Shown: positions 11,948 to 23,847 of the stretch, in pieces
How positions within the stretch are numbered: the stretch's first letter is position 1
Layout: each line of letters opens with the position of its first letter
Assembly: GCA_963713275.1 (NCBI GenBank)
Contig: CAVQLG010000013.1
Span: 38,639-102,638, forward strand
Origin: an uncultured beta proteobacterium
GTDB taxonomy: Bacteria; Pseudomonadota; Gammaproteobacteria; Burkholderiales; Casimicrobiaceae
Direction: 5' to 3'
DNA length: 64,000 nucleotides
Notes under the pieces: model-generated
What the model saw: the letters and a program-made list of their open reading frames with translations, nothing else
Database searches by the model: none
Told to the model about the DNA's origin: nothing
Program-made: the position numbers and the translations under genes

Positions 11948-13598
11948 ATGACTACCCTCCGGGACCAACATCCTTCGCTTGACACGCTGCGCAACACGCT
12001 GCGCACGACCCCACTCGACGCCCTGTTCGCCGCCGATCCCGATCGGTTCTCCCGCCTGACCTTCCGCTGGGACGGCTGGCTGGTCGACCTCTCGAAGGAG
12101 CGGCTGACCACCGACGTGATCGCCGCGCTCGTGCGCGAGGCCGACCGCGCAGGGCTGCCGGCGTGGATCACCGCGCTCTTCGCCGGGGAGCGCGTCAACC
12201 AGTCGGAGGGCCGGCCGGCGCTGCACATGGCGCTGCGCCAGCAGGACGACGCCCCGGTCCTGGTCGACGGCCAGGACGTGATTCCCGCGGTCCGGGCGGC
12301 ACAGACCCGCATGTTCGCCCTGGCCGACGCGCTGCGCGAAGGGCGTCGCCTCGGCGCCACCGGGCTCCCGATCCGCGACGTCGTGCACATCGGCATCGGC
12401 GGCTCGGACCTCGGGCCGCGCCTCGTCTGCGACGCGCTGGGCGCGATTCCCGAGGCCGGCGCGAGCGCGCCGAGCGTGCGCTTCGTGTCCAACGTCGACC
12501 CGGAGCATCTCGCCCGTGCGCTCTGGGGTCTCGACCCCGCGACCACGCTGGTCATCGTGGTATCCAAGACGTTCACGACGCAGGAGACGCTCGCCAACGC
12601 AGCGGCAGCGCGCGCGTGGCTGCAGGCCGGACTGCCCTCCGGCGCCGACACCGGAAGCCATTTCGTCGGCGTGTCGAGCAACGTCGCGGCGGCCTCCGCG
12701 TTCGGCATCGCCGCTGCGGACGTGCTGCCGATGTGGGACTGGGTCGGGGGCCGCTACTCGCTGTGGTCGGCCGTGGGCCTGCCGATCGCGATCCGACTGG
12801 GGCCGGCGCGCTTCGCCGAGCTCCTCGCCGGCGCCGCAAGCGTCGACCAGCACTTCCGCACGGCGCCGCCGGAAGCCAACCTGCCGCTGCTGCTCGGCCT
12901 CGTCGGCTGGTGGAACGCGCGTTGCTTGGGCCACGCCGAACGCGTCGTCGTCCCCTACGCCCACGCGCTGGGCCTCCTGCCCGGGTTCTTGCAGCAGCTG
13001 GTGCTGGAGAGCAACGGCAAGCGCGTGCGCCGCGACGGGGAGGCGCTGGCGCAGCCGTTCTGCGCCGCGCTGTGGGGGATGACGGGAACCGACGGCCAGC
13101 ACGCGTTCTTCCAGTGGCTGCACCAGGGCATGCGCGAGGCCCCCGTGGAATTCATCGTCCCGCTACGTGCCAGCGCACCCGCGCGGGCAGCAGCAGACGC
13201 TGCTGATCGCCAACGCGCTGGCGCAGGCGCAGGCGCTGCTGTCCGGGCGCGACGCCGACACCGTCCGGCGCGAGCTCGCCGGCCGCGGGCTGCAGGGAGA
13301 CGCTTTGCATGCCGCCATCGCGGCGCGCGTGTGCCCCGGCAACCGCGCATCGACGACCCTCGTGCTGCCGCAGCTCGACGCCCGCCGCCTGGGGCAGCTC
13401 CTCGCGCTTTACGAACACCGGACCTTCGTCGAGGCGGTGCTGGCCGGCATCAACCCCTTCGATCAGTTTGGCGTCGAGCTCGGCAAGACGCTGGCGGCGC
13501 CGATCATCGCCGCGCTCGCCGAGGGACGCCCGCTGCCGGATGCGACCGACGCCTCGACCCGAGGACTGGTGGCCTGGGCGCGGGCCGCCAGCGGCTAG
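11948..13598 (+). pseudogene. pgi: Glucose-6-phosphate isomerase, reading frame broken by an apparent 1-nt insertion near 13172
   Basis: The first frame carries Pgi from [11 protein letters not shown]… to …[23 protein letters not shown]. The next frame resumes with [22 protein letters not shown]…[29 protein letters not shown] and runs to the stop at 13598. Both halves are collinear with Pgi. Confidence 0.88.
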
Positions 13599-14653
13599 CC
13601 CTCGCGCACCGGTCGGCGCGCATCACGCGCCGACCGCAGCGCCACCGCGAGCTCCCACACCGCGGCCGCGTAGAGGCGGCTGCGGTTGTAGCGCGTGATG
13701 ACGTAGAAGTTGTGGCAGGCGATCGCGTAGCGGGCGCGCTCCCCGGCGTCTGCCCGCTCCTCGAGCAGGAGCAGACCGACCGGGTCGTCCGCGAGCCCGT
13801 GGGGCGGGGTCCCGGCGCTGACTCCGTCGCTTGCCCAGGCGGCCAGCGACCGGCGCTCGGAGAGACCGCCGTCGAGCCGGCGCAGCACCGCGTCGTTGTC
13901 GGGAGGCTCGATGACCGCCGGCAGCAGCACCGGCTGCCCCCGCTGCCAATCGTGGCGCGCGAGGTAGCTCGCGACGCTGCCGATGACGTCGTCGGCGCTC
14001 GCCCACAGATCGGTGCGACCATCGGCGTCGAAGTCGATCGCGTAGTTGCGATAGCTTCCCGGCATGAATTGCGGGACGCCCATCGCGCCGGCGAACGACC
14101 CCCGCGGCGCCGACGGCGGCAGCGCGAGCTCGCGGGTGAGCAGCAGGAAATGGCGCAGCTCGCCCCGGAAGAACGCGGCCCGGCGCGGGTAATCGAAGGC
14201 GAGCGTTGCCAGCGCGTCGAGCACGCGATGCCGGCCCGTGTTGCGCCCGTAGAACGTCTCGACGCCGAGAATCGCGACCACGACCTCGGCGGGCACGCCG
14301 AACTCCGCCTCGGCCCGCTCGAGCGTCGGCGCGTGCTCGTTCCAGAACGCGACCCCGGCGTCAACGCGCGCCGCGCTCAGGAACTGCGGTGCGTACTCGT
14401 ACCACTTGGGCGGCGCGAGCACGGGCCGCTGCATCGCGGCGACGACCTGCGGCTGGTGCTTCGCCTCTGCGAGCACCTGCCGCAGCCACGCCCGATCGAA
14501 CCCGTGCTGATCGACCATCTCGTCGATGAAGGCGCGCACGTCGGGGCGCTGCGGGTACGCTGCCTTCGCCGGCGGCGTGCCCCGACCCGCGGCGGAGCCG
14601 ACGACGAACAGCAGCGGGATGAGGAGCATGCAGGCGAGACGCATCATCGGCAT
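13595..14653 (-). CDS. mltB: Lytic murein transglycosylase B family protein
   Basis: Motifs …[38 protein letters not shown]… and [30 protein letters not shown]-terminal signal [21 protein letters not shown]. The exact start is uncertain (14653, 14647 or 14644). Confidence 0.88.
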   Translation of the reverse strand: MPMMRLACMLLIPLLFVVGSAAGRGTPPAKAAYPQRPDVRAFIDEMVDQHGFDRAWLRQVLAEAKHQPQVVAAMQRPVLAPPKWYEYAPQFLSAARVDAGVAFWNEHAPTLERAEAEFGVPAEVVVAILGVETFYGRNTGRHRVLDALATLAFDYPRRAAFFRGELRHFLLLTRELALPPSAPRGSFAGAMGVPQFMPGSYRNYAIDFDADGRTDLWASADDVIGSVASYLARHDWQRGQPVLLPAVIEPPDNDAVLRRLDGGLSERRSLAAWASDGVSAGTPPHGLADDPVGLLLLEERADAGERARYAIACHNFYVITRYNRSRLYAAAVWELAVALRSARDARRPVREG

Positions 14654-14755
14654 GGCGCGCGCAATCGGCGGCGAAGGCGGCGATGGTATCATTCCCCTTC
14701 TGCCCCCGCAGTTCCCTCAGCGCGCCCGGACGCGGGCGACGCCCCGCCGACCTCG

Positions 14756-15775
14756 ATGCTCTATCAGGCGCTCCGTCCCGTCCTGTTCGCCCTCGAACCC
14801 GAAAGCGCGCACGAACTCGCGATGGGCAGCCTCGATTTCGCGGCGCACGTGGGCGTCGCAAAATGGCTGGCGCCGCGCGCGGCCCCTTCCCCGGTAACGG
14901 CGATGGGACTGCACTTTCCCAACCGCATCGGGGTCGCCGCCGGACTCGACAAGAACGCCGAGCACATCGACGGACTGGCCGCGCTGGGATTCGGCCACAT
15001 CGAGTGCGGCACCGTCACGCCCAGGCCGCAGCCGGGAAACCCCCGTCCGCGCGTCTTCCGGCTCCCCGAGGCAGAGGGCATCGTCAACCGCATGGGTTTC
15101 AACAACGGCGGCGTCGAGCGGTTTCTCGCCAACGCCGCGCGCGCGCGGTGGTCGGGCATCCTCGGGCTCAACATCGGGAAGAACTTCGACACGCCGAACG
15201 ACAAGGCGGTCGACGATTATCTGCGTTGCCTCAAGGCCGTGTCCGCCCGCGCGTCGTACGTCGCCGTGAACATCTCGTCGCCCAACACCAAGGGCCTGCG
15301 CGACCTGCAGTCCGAGGACGCGCTCAACGCGCTGCTGGCAGCGCTCAAGGCCGAACAGGCGTCGCTTGCGGACCGGGACGGCAAGTACACTCCGATCGCG
15401 ATCAAGATCGCGCCCGACCTCGACCCGGCGTCGGTCGTAGGCATCGCCCGGCTGCTCGTCCGGCACAAGATCGACGGCGTGATCGCCACCAACACCACCC
15501 TGTCGCGCGAATCGGTCCAGGGCGTGCGGCACGCGGACGAAGCCGGCGGCTTGTCCGGCCGGCCGCTGCGTGACAAGGCCACCGCGGTGGTGCGCGCGCT
15601 GGCCAAGGCGCTCGACGACGCGCTGCCGATCATCGGCGTCGGCGGCATCCTCTGCGGCGACGACGCCAAGGAAAGGATCGACGCCGGCGCGACGCTGGTC
15701 CAGCTCTACACCGGACTCATCTACCGCGGCCCTGCCCTCGTCGCCGAATGCGCGCGGGCAACGGCCCGCGCATGA
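14756..15775 (+). CDS. pyrD: Dihydroorotate dehydrogenase (quinone), class 2
   Basis: [20 protein letters not shown]…, [47 protein letters not shown]. This is the last part of the artefactual 1302-aa ORF 11867..15775. Confidence 0.95.
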   Translation: MLYQALRPVLFALEPESAHELAMGSLDFAAHVGVAKWLAPRAAPSPVTAMGLHFPNRIGVAAGLDKNAEHIDGLAALGFGHIECGTVTPRPQPGNPRPRVFRLPEAEGIVNRMGFNNGGVERFLANAARARWSGILGLNIGKNFDTPNDKAVDDYLRCLKAVSARASYVAVNISSPNTKGLRDLQSEDALNALLAALKAEQASLADRDGKYTPIAIKIAPDLDPASVVGIARLLVRHKIDGVIATNTTLSRESVQGVRHADEAGGLSGRPLRDKATAVVRALAKALDDALPIIGVGGILCGDDAKERIDAGATLVQLYTGLIYRGPALVAECARATARA

Positions 15776-15832
15776 TCACCGCCGAGTGCACGCGGGCCCC
15801 GGCCGCGCCATGACCGCCACTGCGCAGGCCGG

Positions 15833-16300
15833 TCAGGGTCGGGCGGACACCAGGATCTTCGCGTCCGCGTCGGCGACGACCGTGCCGCCCTGGTTGCGGC
15901 ACAGCGCGTGGAGCACGACGACGCCGCCGGCGTGCCGCGGCTTGTCGAGGCAGGCGGTGACCGTCCACAAGGTGGTCAGCGTGTCCCCGGCGCGCACCGG
16001 CGCGGTGAAACGCGCCGCGTGCTCGAGATACGCGATGGCCGTGCCGTGGAAGTGCATGCCCACCGGCGCTCCCATCAGCGCGCTGGTGATCATCCCGTGC
16101 AGGATTCGCGTGCCGAAGCGCGACCGCTTCGCAAACTCGTCGTCGACGTGATGCGGGTTGAAGTCGCCGATCAGTCCCGCCGCCAGCACGAGGTGCGTGT
16201 CCGTGATCGTCAGCGTGCGCGAGAAGCTGTCGCCCACGCGCACCTCGTCGTACCAGCGCCCGCTGCCGTCCATGCCGTCCCCGGCGCGCGCCGCCGTCAT
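15833..16300 (-). CDS. MaoC-like (R)-specific enoyl-CoA hydratase/dehydratase (hot-dog fold)
   Basis: Motif …GDFNPHHVDDEFAKRSRFGTRILHGMITSALMG…. The start ATG overlaps the upstream stop (ATGA at 16297-16300), which suggests translational coupling. Confidence 0.8.
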   Translation of the reverse strand: MTAARAGDGMDGSGRWYDEVRVGDSFSRTLTITDTHLVLAAGLIGDFNPHHVDDEFAKRSRFGTRILHGMITSALMGAPVGMHFHGTAIAYLEHAARFTAPVRAGDTLTTLWTVTACLDKPRHAGGVVVLHALCRNQGGTVVADADAKILVSARP

Positions 16301-17067
16301 CCCGGGCTACCCGCGTCCGCCGGGTATTCCCAGCGGAACCCCCCGGCCTCAACCCCGGCGATGAGGTGCGCGATGCCCGCGGCGAGCGCCGACACCTCGC
16401 CCTTCACGCCCAGCTCGATCCGGCGCTCTCCCGAAGGCGCCAGCGTCGGCAGGCTGAAGAGCCGCAGCTGCGGGAACCGGCGCACGTTGTCCTCCATCAG
16501 CGCCAGGAGCTGGCTCTCCCCGGCGCCGTGGACGACGATCGCCCGCTCGCCGTGCGCGGGCGCGGTGAGTTGGGGGTAGTGGTGCGCCAGGACCCAGTCG
16601 AGCATCGGCCACGCCATCTGGGGAAAACCCGGAAAGAAATGGTGATCGCGAATCGAGAACGAAGCGACGCGATTGACCGGGTTGGGAATGATCGTGCTGC
16701 CTGCGGGGAACTCGGTCATTCGGACGCGGTGGGGATAGGCGTCAGGCCCGAACTGCGCTTCGAGCTCGGCCACCGCCTCCGGATGACGCCGCAGAGGTAC
16801 CCCGAGCGCCTGCGCCGCGGCCGCCCGGGTGTGATCGTCGGGCGTGGCGCCGACTCCGCCGCAGCAGAGCACGAGATCGCCCGACGCGAACGTCTCGCGC
16901 AATACCGCCGCCAGCCGGTCGAGGTCGTCGCCCTCGTAGCGGACCCAGGCCAGCGTGAGCCCGCGGCGGCCGAGCGCGGCGGCGAACTGGGCGAAATGGC
17001 GGTCCTGCCGCTTGCCCGACAGGATCTCGTCGCCGATGATCAGCGCGCCGATGCGTTGCCGGGGCAC
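16297..17067 (-). CDS. CinA-like molybdopterin-binding (MoCF biosynthesis) domain protein
   Basis: IGALIIGDEILSGKRQDRHF…, …DLVLCCGGVGATPDDHTRAAAA…. GTG 17067 chosen because it lies 25 nt after the upstream stop. The ORF is open to 17154. Confidence 0.7.
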   Translation of the reverse strand: MPRQRIGALIIGDEILSGKRQDRHFAQFAAALGRRGLTLAWVRYEGDDLDRLAAVLRETFASGDLVLCCGGVGATPDDHTRAAAAQALGVPLRRHPEAVAELEAQFGPDAYPHRVRMTEFPAGSTIIPNPVNRVASFSIRDHHFFPGFPQMAWPMLDWVLAHHYPQLTAPAHGERAIVVHGAGESQLLALMEDNVRRFPQLRLFSLPTLAPSGERRIELGVKGEVSALAAGIAHLIAGVEAGGFRWEYPADAGSPG

Positions 17068-17092
17068 GGGTCTGCCGTCGCGGCCGGCGGTG

Positions 17093-19484
17093 TCAGGCCG
17101 CCGCCGGTTCCGGGAACCTCTCGCCGAGCGTTTGCATGACGCTGGAGAGCGCACGATCGACCAGCGGCTCGGCTTCCACCAGCCGTGCCTCGTCGTTGCG
17201 GAATCGCTCGGCGAGTTCCTCGGCCGTCATCGACAGCGCCTTCTGGCCCTGCCGGTTGGTAAAGAGGTAGGTGCCGCGCAGCGGGCTCACCCAGGCGAGC
17301 TTGGCGAATGCAAGCTGGCCGTCGTCCGCCTCGAACTCGATCCACATGCCGCGCTCGAGGCTCTGCGCGATCTCGAGATAGTGGTCCTCGATGATCACGG
17401 GCGGGGGTTCCTCGGGCTCCGGCTCGGCCTGCGTCATCGCCTGCGCGATCTGTTCGGCCTTCGCCGCCGCGGCCTCGTCGCCGGCGGCCTTCGCCTGCTG
17501 CGCGGCCGCACGCGCCTGCTCGGCCACCGCGACCGTCGGCAGCTCGACCGCCGCGAGAGAAGGCTTCACCGCCGCGGCGTGCGCCTCGACCAGGTTCGAC
17601 ATGAACCGCTCGCGCTCGTCCGCGGGCCACTGCCCCTCGCGCATTCCGGCCGTCATGCGCTTGAGCAGCGACGGCAGCATGGCGACCAGGCGCTTGCGGT
17701 CCTCGGCGTTCTTCTTCGGCTGCACGCTCCAGACCAGGTCGTCGAGCGTGGCGATTCCCTGGCTCCAGGCGTCGCTGTCCTCGCCCTCGCGCGTGTGCAC
17801 GCTCTCGAGCGCCGGCAACCACTGCCGGCGCAGGAAGTCGGCGAGGAACTGCGGCACCGGGTGCGCGCCGACGCGGCGCTCGATTTCGGCCTTGGCGACG
17901 ACCGCTGCGATCTGCTGCCGATCGCGTTGGTTGACCTCGTCGGCCGAGCTCGAGATATTGGCCTCGGCCGCCGCTTCCTCCGCCGCCAGGAACCGGGCCA
18001 GATCCTCGCGCAGTTCGTCGAACAGCGCGAGGTTGTCGCTGAACTCGTCGAGGATGCGGTGGACGATCTCGTCGAGCTTCTTGTAGAGCGGGTCCGCCGT
18101 TCCCATCGCCGGCGACCAGCCGAGCCCCGCATCGGCCATGGCGTTGACCAGCATGCGCGAAGGATGCGATTTCTTGGCGAAGAACGCACCGTCGAGCATC
18201 GCCGCCTTCAGCACTGGAATCTGCAGCCGCGCGAGCAGCGCCTTCATGCCGTCGGGCAGGTCGCGGGTGTCGAACATGAAGTCGAACAGCATCGCGACGA
18301 GCTCGATGGTCATCACCTCGAGCTGGGTGGACCTGCGGCCCAGCGGGGACTCCTGCAGGTCGCGCAAGACGTTGTGCTTGCCCTCGGGAATGCCGGAGAA
18401 CTGGACGGCCGCGCCGCCCACGTCGAAGCCCATCTCCCCGCGCTGCAGGCGGGCGAGCCCCTCTCCCAACGCCGGCGTGGCGATGATCGGCGTCCCGGGA
18501 ACGTAGCCGGACGGCGTCGGCGCGAGCGGACCCTGCGGAATCCAGACGTTCCTGCCGGCGCCAAACGCGTCGATCGGCGGCAGGCCTTCGCCCGCTTCGG
18601 GATACGGCCGGAAGCCGCCGCCGGCGGCGGTGTCGGCGGAGTATTGGCCCGCCATGGCCTGCGGGGGCGCGCCGCCCGCCATCCGCCGGAAGAGCGCCAT
18701 GATGTCGAACTCGCCGGATGCGGGGGCCGGTGCTTCGGGGGCCGGTGCGCCGGGGGCCGGTGCGCCGGGCACGGCGGCCGCGACCGGCCGCGGCGCCGCG
18801 TTTGGCGGTCGCCGCGCGGGCGCCGGCGGGCACCACGCGCTGGTCGACGAGATGGCGGTTGAGATCGGCGTAGATGGCGCTGATCTCGCCGAGCGGCGCC
18901 TGGTTGAGCTCCTTCAGGATCTGGAAGCGGATCTTCTGGTCCAGCTTGTTCCGCTTCAGTCCGTCGGCGAAGGCGTCGACGAGAACCGCCGGCGCGAGCG
19001 GGTTACGTTCGGTCTCGAGGTCCGGCTTGCCGAGAAGATGGCCGATCCCCCGATTCAAGACCTGCAACTCGTCGTGGCACAGGTTCTCGATGACGCGGGT
19101 GATGTTCCCGGTCACCACCGACTCGTCCATCACGGTGGTGTCGACCAGCGACAACTCGGTCGCGTCGACCTTGGAGAAATCCGGCTTGGGCTGGCTCCGG
19201 CCGGCGATCCGGTCATCGATGCCGGCGCGCAGGCACTTCTCGAACGCCGCCAGCAGCGCGTCCCGACTGCCGATCACGACCCCGCGCGCATCGAGGTACA
19301 GCGTCTGATCCTCGCGAACGTCGGACCGGCCGGCCCGGTCCATCAGCATGTCGCCGACGCGATCGAGCATCTCGCCGAAGGCGAGCAGCAACCGGTGGAC
19401 CGCCAGATCGCGGCAATCGCCGAGGATCTTCGCGGCTTCCCGGGAAGTACGTTGCCCAGGCGCGTTGGGTGTCAAGGCTTTCAC
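17093..19484 (-). pseudogene. DUF1631 family protein, frame broken by an apparent 1-nt insertion in a Pro/Ala-rich linker (about 18775-18850)
   Basis: The N-terminal part (…ILGDCRDLAVHRLLLAFGEMLDRVGDMLMDRAG…YADLNRHLVDQRVVPA) lies in the frame of ORF 17040..19628. The C-terminal 559 aa (…FDFMFDTRDLPDGMKALLARLQIPVLKAAMLDGAFFAKKSHPSR…WIEFEADDGQLAFAKLAWVSP) lie in ORF 17093..18772. The start is uncertain (GTG 19484). Confidence 0.7.
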
Positions 19485-19748
19485 GCTTGCTGTACGCCCC
19501 CCTTGCGCGCTCTTTCCCGCAAGGAATCCGCGCCGCTTCCCCCGCGGCCCCCCCGCGAATGGGCCGAACCGGCGCTTCGGCGTCAGGAAACTGTAGCACG
19601 GACGCATTCCCCAAGCCAAACGACGCACGCATTCGCATGTCGTGGCCCGGAAGAGTAGCGGAAACGACGGCGCGCAAGGTGTAAATCCCGGCGAAGCCGG
19701 GACGCGGGCCCGCGCCGCGTCCCGGCGGGGTCGAGCCGATCCCGGTCA

Positions 19749-22700
19749 TCAGCCAAGGTCGGCCCACGCGCGGTCGACGCGCTTGAGCGACACGGGAAAC
19801 GGCGTCTTGAGCTCCTGGGCGAACAGCGAGACCGAGAGCTCCTCGAGCAGCCAGCGGAACGTCTCGAGGCCCGGTTCGACGCGGCCACCCGCCCGGTTGC
19901 GCTCGAGGCGTTCGCGGTAGCGCCCCCACCACGCGCTCATCGTCGCGGCGTGGCGGGCGTCGCGCGCGGGGCTTTCGGCGCATTTCGCGAGGCGCCGCTC
20001 GAGCGCCTCGAGGTAGCGCGGCAGGTGCGCGAGCTGGGCCCAGGGGGTGGCCGCGAAGAATCCGGGATAGACCAGCGCGTCGCGCCGCTGCCGCAGTTCC
20101 GCCACCCGCCGCGACTGCGTCGGGGGTTGCGATGCGAGGCGCTGCGTCAGCGCCTGATGGGCCACGGCGATCGCCGCCAGCAGGCGAAACGCCCCTTCGG
20201 CAACTGCGGGCAATCGCGCGCGCGCGCGTTGCACGGCCTCGGCGAATCCCTCCTCGCTGCGGGGCAGGGGATCCTCGCCCAGGAAGGCGCGGTCGCGCAC
20301 GGCCGCCATCACGTCGGCCAGCAGCCGGTCGGTCGGGATCACGGCCTTGAGCTGCAGGGCCGCTGCCGCGAACCCGGGTCCGCCCGGTGCGAGACTCGCA
20401 AGCTGCGCCTTGAGCGCGATCGAGAGCAGGCGCAGGACGCCTGCGCGGGAGGCGGCGAGCGCCGCGGCTGCGGTGTCGAGCAGGGCGAGCGAAACGCTGT
20501 TGCCGTCGTCGACTGAGCGCCGGGTATCCGGTGATCCGGCGCCCGCCCACGGTCGTGGTCAGCGTCTCGGGCAGGCGGCCGAACGTCCAGCTCGTGAGTC
20601 CGCGCTTCTCGAACGCCGGGCCCGCCTGCTGGAACGATAGCTGCGCCGCTTCGCCGAGCGCGGCCTTGAGCGCGCCGAGGTCGCGCCCGCTGCCGAGCTC
20701 GCGCCCCGCCGCGTCGACCACGACGACGTTCATCTGCAGGTGCGCCGGCACTTCGAACCCGTCCCACGCCTGCGCGGGCAGGTCGACGCCGAGCCGCGCG
20801 TGCAGGTGGGCGCGAATCGCCTCGTCGAGCGGCAGACGGGAGCCCTCGCTCGCCTCGAGGAACGCGGTCACGGCCTCGGGCACCGGCACGAGGCGACTGC
20901 GCAGGCCCTTGGGTAGCGCGCGGAAGTAGGCGGCGACCTTCTCCCGGATCATCCCCGGCACCAGCCACGTCAGCCGCGCCGCGTCGAGCTGGTTGAGCAG
21001 CGGCAACGGCACGGTCAGCGTCAGCCCGTCCTGCGGGTGACCCGGCGCAAACCGGTACTTGAGCGGCAGTTGCGCGCCGGCCATCGGCAGTCGCTCGGGA
21101 AAGAGCTCGGGCGTGACCTGGGCCGCCGCATGCCGCATCACGAGCTCGCGGGTCAGGAGCAGCAGCGCCGGGTTCTCCCGCTCGGCCGCCTCGCGCCAGT
21201 GCTCGAACGTCGCCAGCGAGTAGACCCCGGCCGGCACGCGTTCGGCGTAGAACGCGGCGATCGCCTCCTCGTCGACCAGGACGTCCTGCCGCCGGGCCTT
21301 GTGCTCGAGCAGGGCGACCTCGGCGATCAACCGCCGGTTGTGCTCGACGAACCGGCCGCGGGTGGCGAGCACGCCCGTGGCCAGCGCCTCCCGCAGGAAC
21401 ACCTCGCGGGCGCGCGCGGGATCGACGCGGCCGAAGGAAACGCGCCGCCGCGCGACCAGCGTGAGACCGTAGAGCTGCACGCGCTCGCTCGCGACGACCT
21501 CGCCGCGGTCGTTGTCCCAGTGCGGGTCGAAGTAGTCGCGGGTGACACGGTCGCCGGCGACCGTCTCGATCCAGTCCGGTTCGATCCGGGCGGCGCAGCG
21601 CGCGTAGAGGCGGGAGGTCTCGACCAGCTCGGCGGCGAGCACCCATGGCGCGCCCTTCTTCGCGAGCCCCGACCCGGGATGCAGGAAGAAGCGCACGCCG
21701 CGCGCGCCGAGGTAGCCCCCGCCCTCCTCGCCCTTGAGGCCGATGTTGCCGAGCAGCCCGGCGAGCAGCGTCTGGTGGATCGCGGCGAAGCGCGCATCGT
21801 CGATCGCGCGCGGCAGCGCGGTCGGCCACTGCCACCCGAGCTCGGCGAGTTCCGTCGCGAGCTGCGTGTGCACGTCCCGCCACTCCGTGAGGCGCAGCCA
21901 GGACAGAAACTGCGCGCGGCAGGCGTCCACCAGCCGGCGATGCGGCTGCTTCTGCTCCAGCAGGCCGGCGAAGAACTCCCACACCGCGAGCAGCGACAGG
22001 AAATCGGAGCGCTCGTCGCGAAAACGCAGGTGCGCCTGGTCGGCCGCCTGCTGCTTCTCGAGCGGGCGATCGCGCGGATCGGGCACACTCAGCGCGCTCG
22101 CGATCACCAGCGTTTCTGCAACACAGTGGCGCTCCCTCGCAGCCAGGATCATGCGCCCCACGCGCGGGTCGACCGGCAGGCGCGCGAGGTCGTGGCCGAG
22201 CGGGGTCAGGCGACGCGCGGCGTCGACCGCGCCCAGCTCGTGCAGCAGCTGGAAGCCGTCGCCAATCGCGCGCGGCGAGGGCGGATCGAGAAAGGGGAAC
22301 GACTCGACCGCCCCCAGCCCCAGCGCTGCCATGCGCAGCACGACGGCGGCCAGCGACGAGCGCAGGATCTCGGGATCGGTGAAGCGCGGCCGCGACGCGA
22401 AATCCTCGGCAGCGTAGAGCCGGACGCAGATCCCGTCGGCAACGCGCCCGCAGCGGCCGGCGCGCTGGTGGGCGGCGGCCTGCGAGACCTTCTCGATCTG
22501 CAGCAGCGTGGTCTTGTTGCGCAGCGAATAGCGCTTCACGCGCGCGAGCCCGCTGTCGATGACGTAGCGGATTCCGGGCACCGTGAGCGAGGTTTCGGCG
22601 ACGTTGGTCGCGAGCACGATGCGGCGTCCGCGCGATGGCGCGAACACGCGCTGCTGCTCGGGCACCGACAGCCGCGCGTAGAGCGGCAGGATCTCGACCG

Positions 22701-23667
22701 CCGCGGCGTACGGTCGGCGCTGCAGGCTTCGCCGCAGGAGGTCGGCGGTCTCGCGGATCTCGCGCTCGCCCGGGAGGAAGACCAGGATGTCGCCCGGTCC
22801 CTCGCGCCAGAGGTCTTCGGCGGTGGCCACGATCGCGTCCTCGAGCTCCTCCTCGTCGTCGGCCTCCTCGGCGCCGGTCTTGAGCACGCGGTACCGCTGC
22901 TCCACGGGATACGTGCGCCCGGAGACCTCGATCACCGGTGCCGGCCGGTCCGCGGACGCGAAATGGCGGGCGAACCGGTCGGCGTCGATGGTCGCCGAGG
23001 TGATCACCACCTTGAGATCCGGCCGGCGCGCGAGGAGTTGCCGCAGGTACCCGAGCAGGAAGTCGATGTTGAGGCTGCGCTCGTGCGCCTCGTCGACGAT
23101 CAGCGTGTCGTACGCGACGAGATCGCGGTCGCGCTGCGTCTCGGCGAGCAGGATGCCGTCGGTCATCAGCTTGATGAACGCGTCCGGCCGCGTGTGGTCG
23201 GTGAAGCGGACCTTGTAGCCCACGTCCGCGCCGAGCTCGCAGCCGAGTTCCTGCGCGATCCTGGCCGCGACGGCGCGGGCGGCGATGCGCCGGGGCTGGG
23301 TGTGGCCGATCAGCCCGCCCTCCCCCCGCCCCGCGGCGAGGCAGATCTTGGGCAGCTGCGTCGTCTTGCCCGATCCCGTCTCACCACAGACGATCACGAC
23401 CGGATGGTCACGGATCGCCGCGGCGATGTCGTCGGCCCGGGCGCCGACGGGAAGCTCCGGCGGGTAGCTGATCGCAGGCTTGCGGGCGGCGCGGTCGCGC
23501 CGCCGTGCCACCGAGCGCGCCACCGCCGCCTCGATCCGCGCCCATTCGGCGGCGCTCGCGCGCGCCGCCCGCGCCCGCTCGATCCGGCGGCGAAGCGGCG
23601 TCGCGTCCGCGGCCATCCCCTGCAGCAAGAGATCGTGGAGCCGCAAGGCGTCGGAAGCGAAGGACAT
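19749..23667 (-). pseudogene. hrpA: ATP-dependent RNA helicase HrpA, frame broken by an apparent 1-nt insertion near 20514
   Basis: DEAH helicase motifs GETGSGKTTQLPK, DEAHERS, TSATID and QRAGRCGR. The first frame ends its homology at …GGRRITGYPAL. The shifted frame continues VDDGNSVSLALLDTAAA… into ORF 19749..20342 (DUF3418-type C-terminus …SLFAQELKTPFPVSLKRVD). Confidence 0.9.
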
Positions 23668-23847
23668 GGGTCGGCAGCGACGAATCGCGGAGGCGCCGGG
23701 AAACCCTGCGCGTCGGTCGCGCGGCTCCGGCAGCGCGGCTTTCCGCGGCGCGGATTCTAACGCGCCCCGTCGCGGCGCGGGGACGCTATCATGAGGCATC
23801 CGGCGCCCGCCGCGGCGCCGCCCCGTCGCTACCCGCAAAGACCCCGG

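Noticed and set aside
13595-13598. pgi and mltB share overlapping stop codons through the palindrome CTAG.
   Set aside because: This is a real but trivial consequence of tight convergent packing, with no functional implication that I can support.
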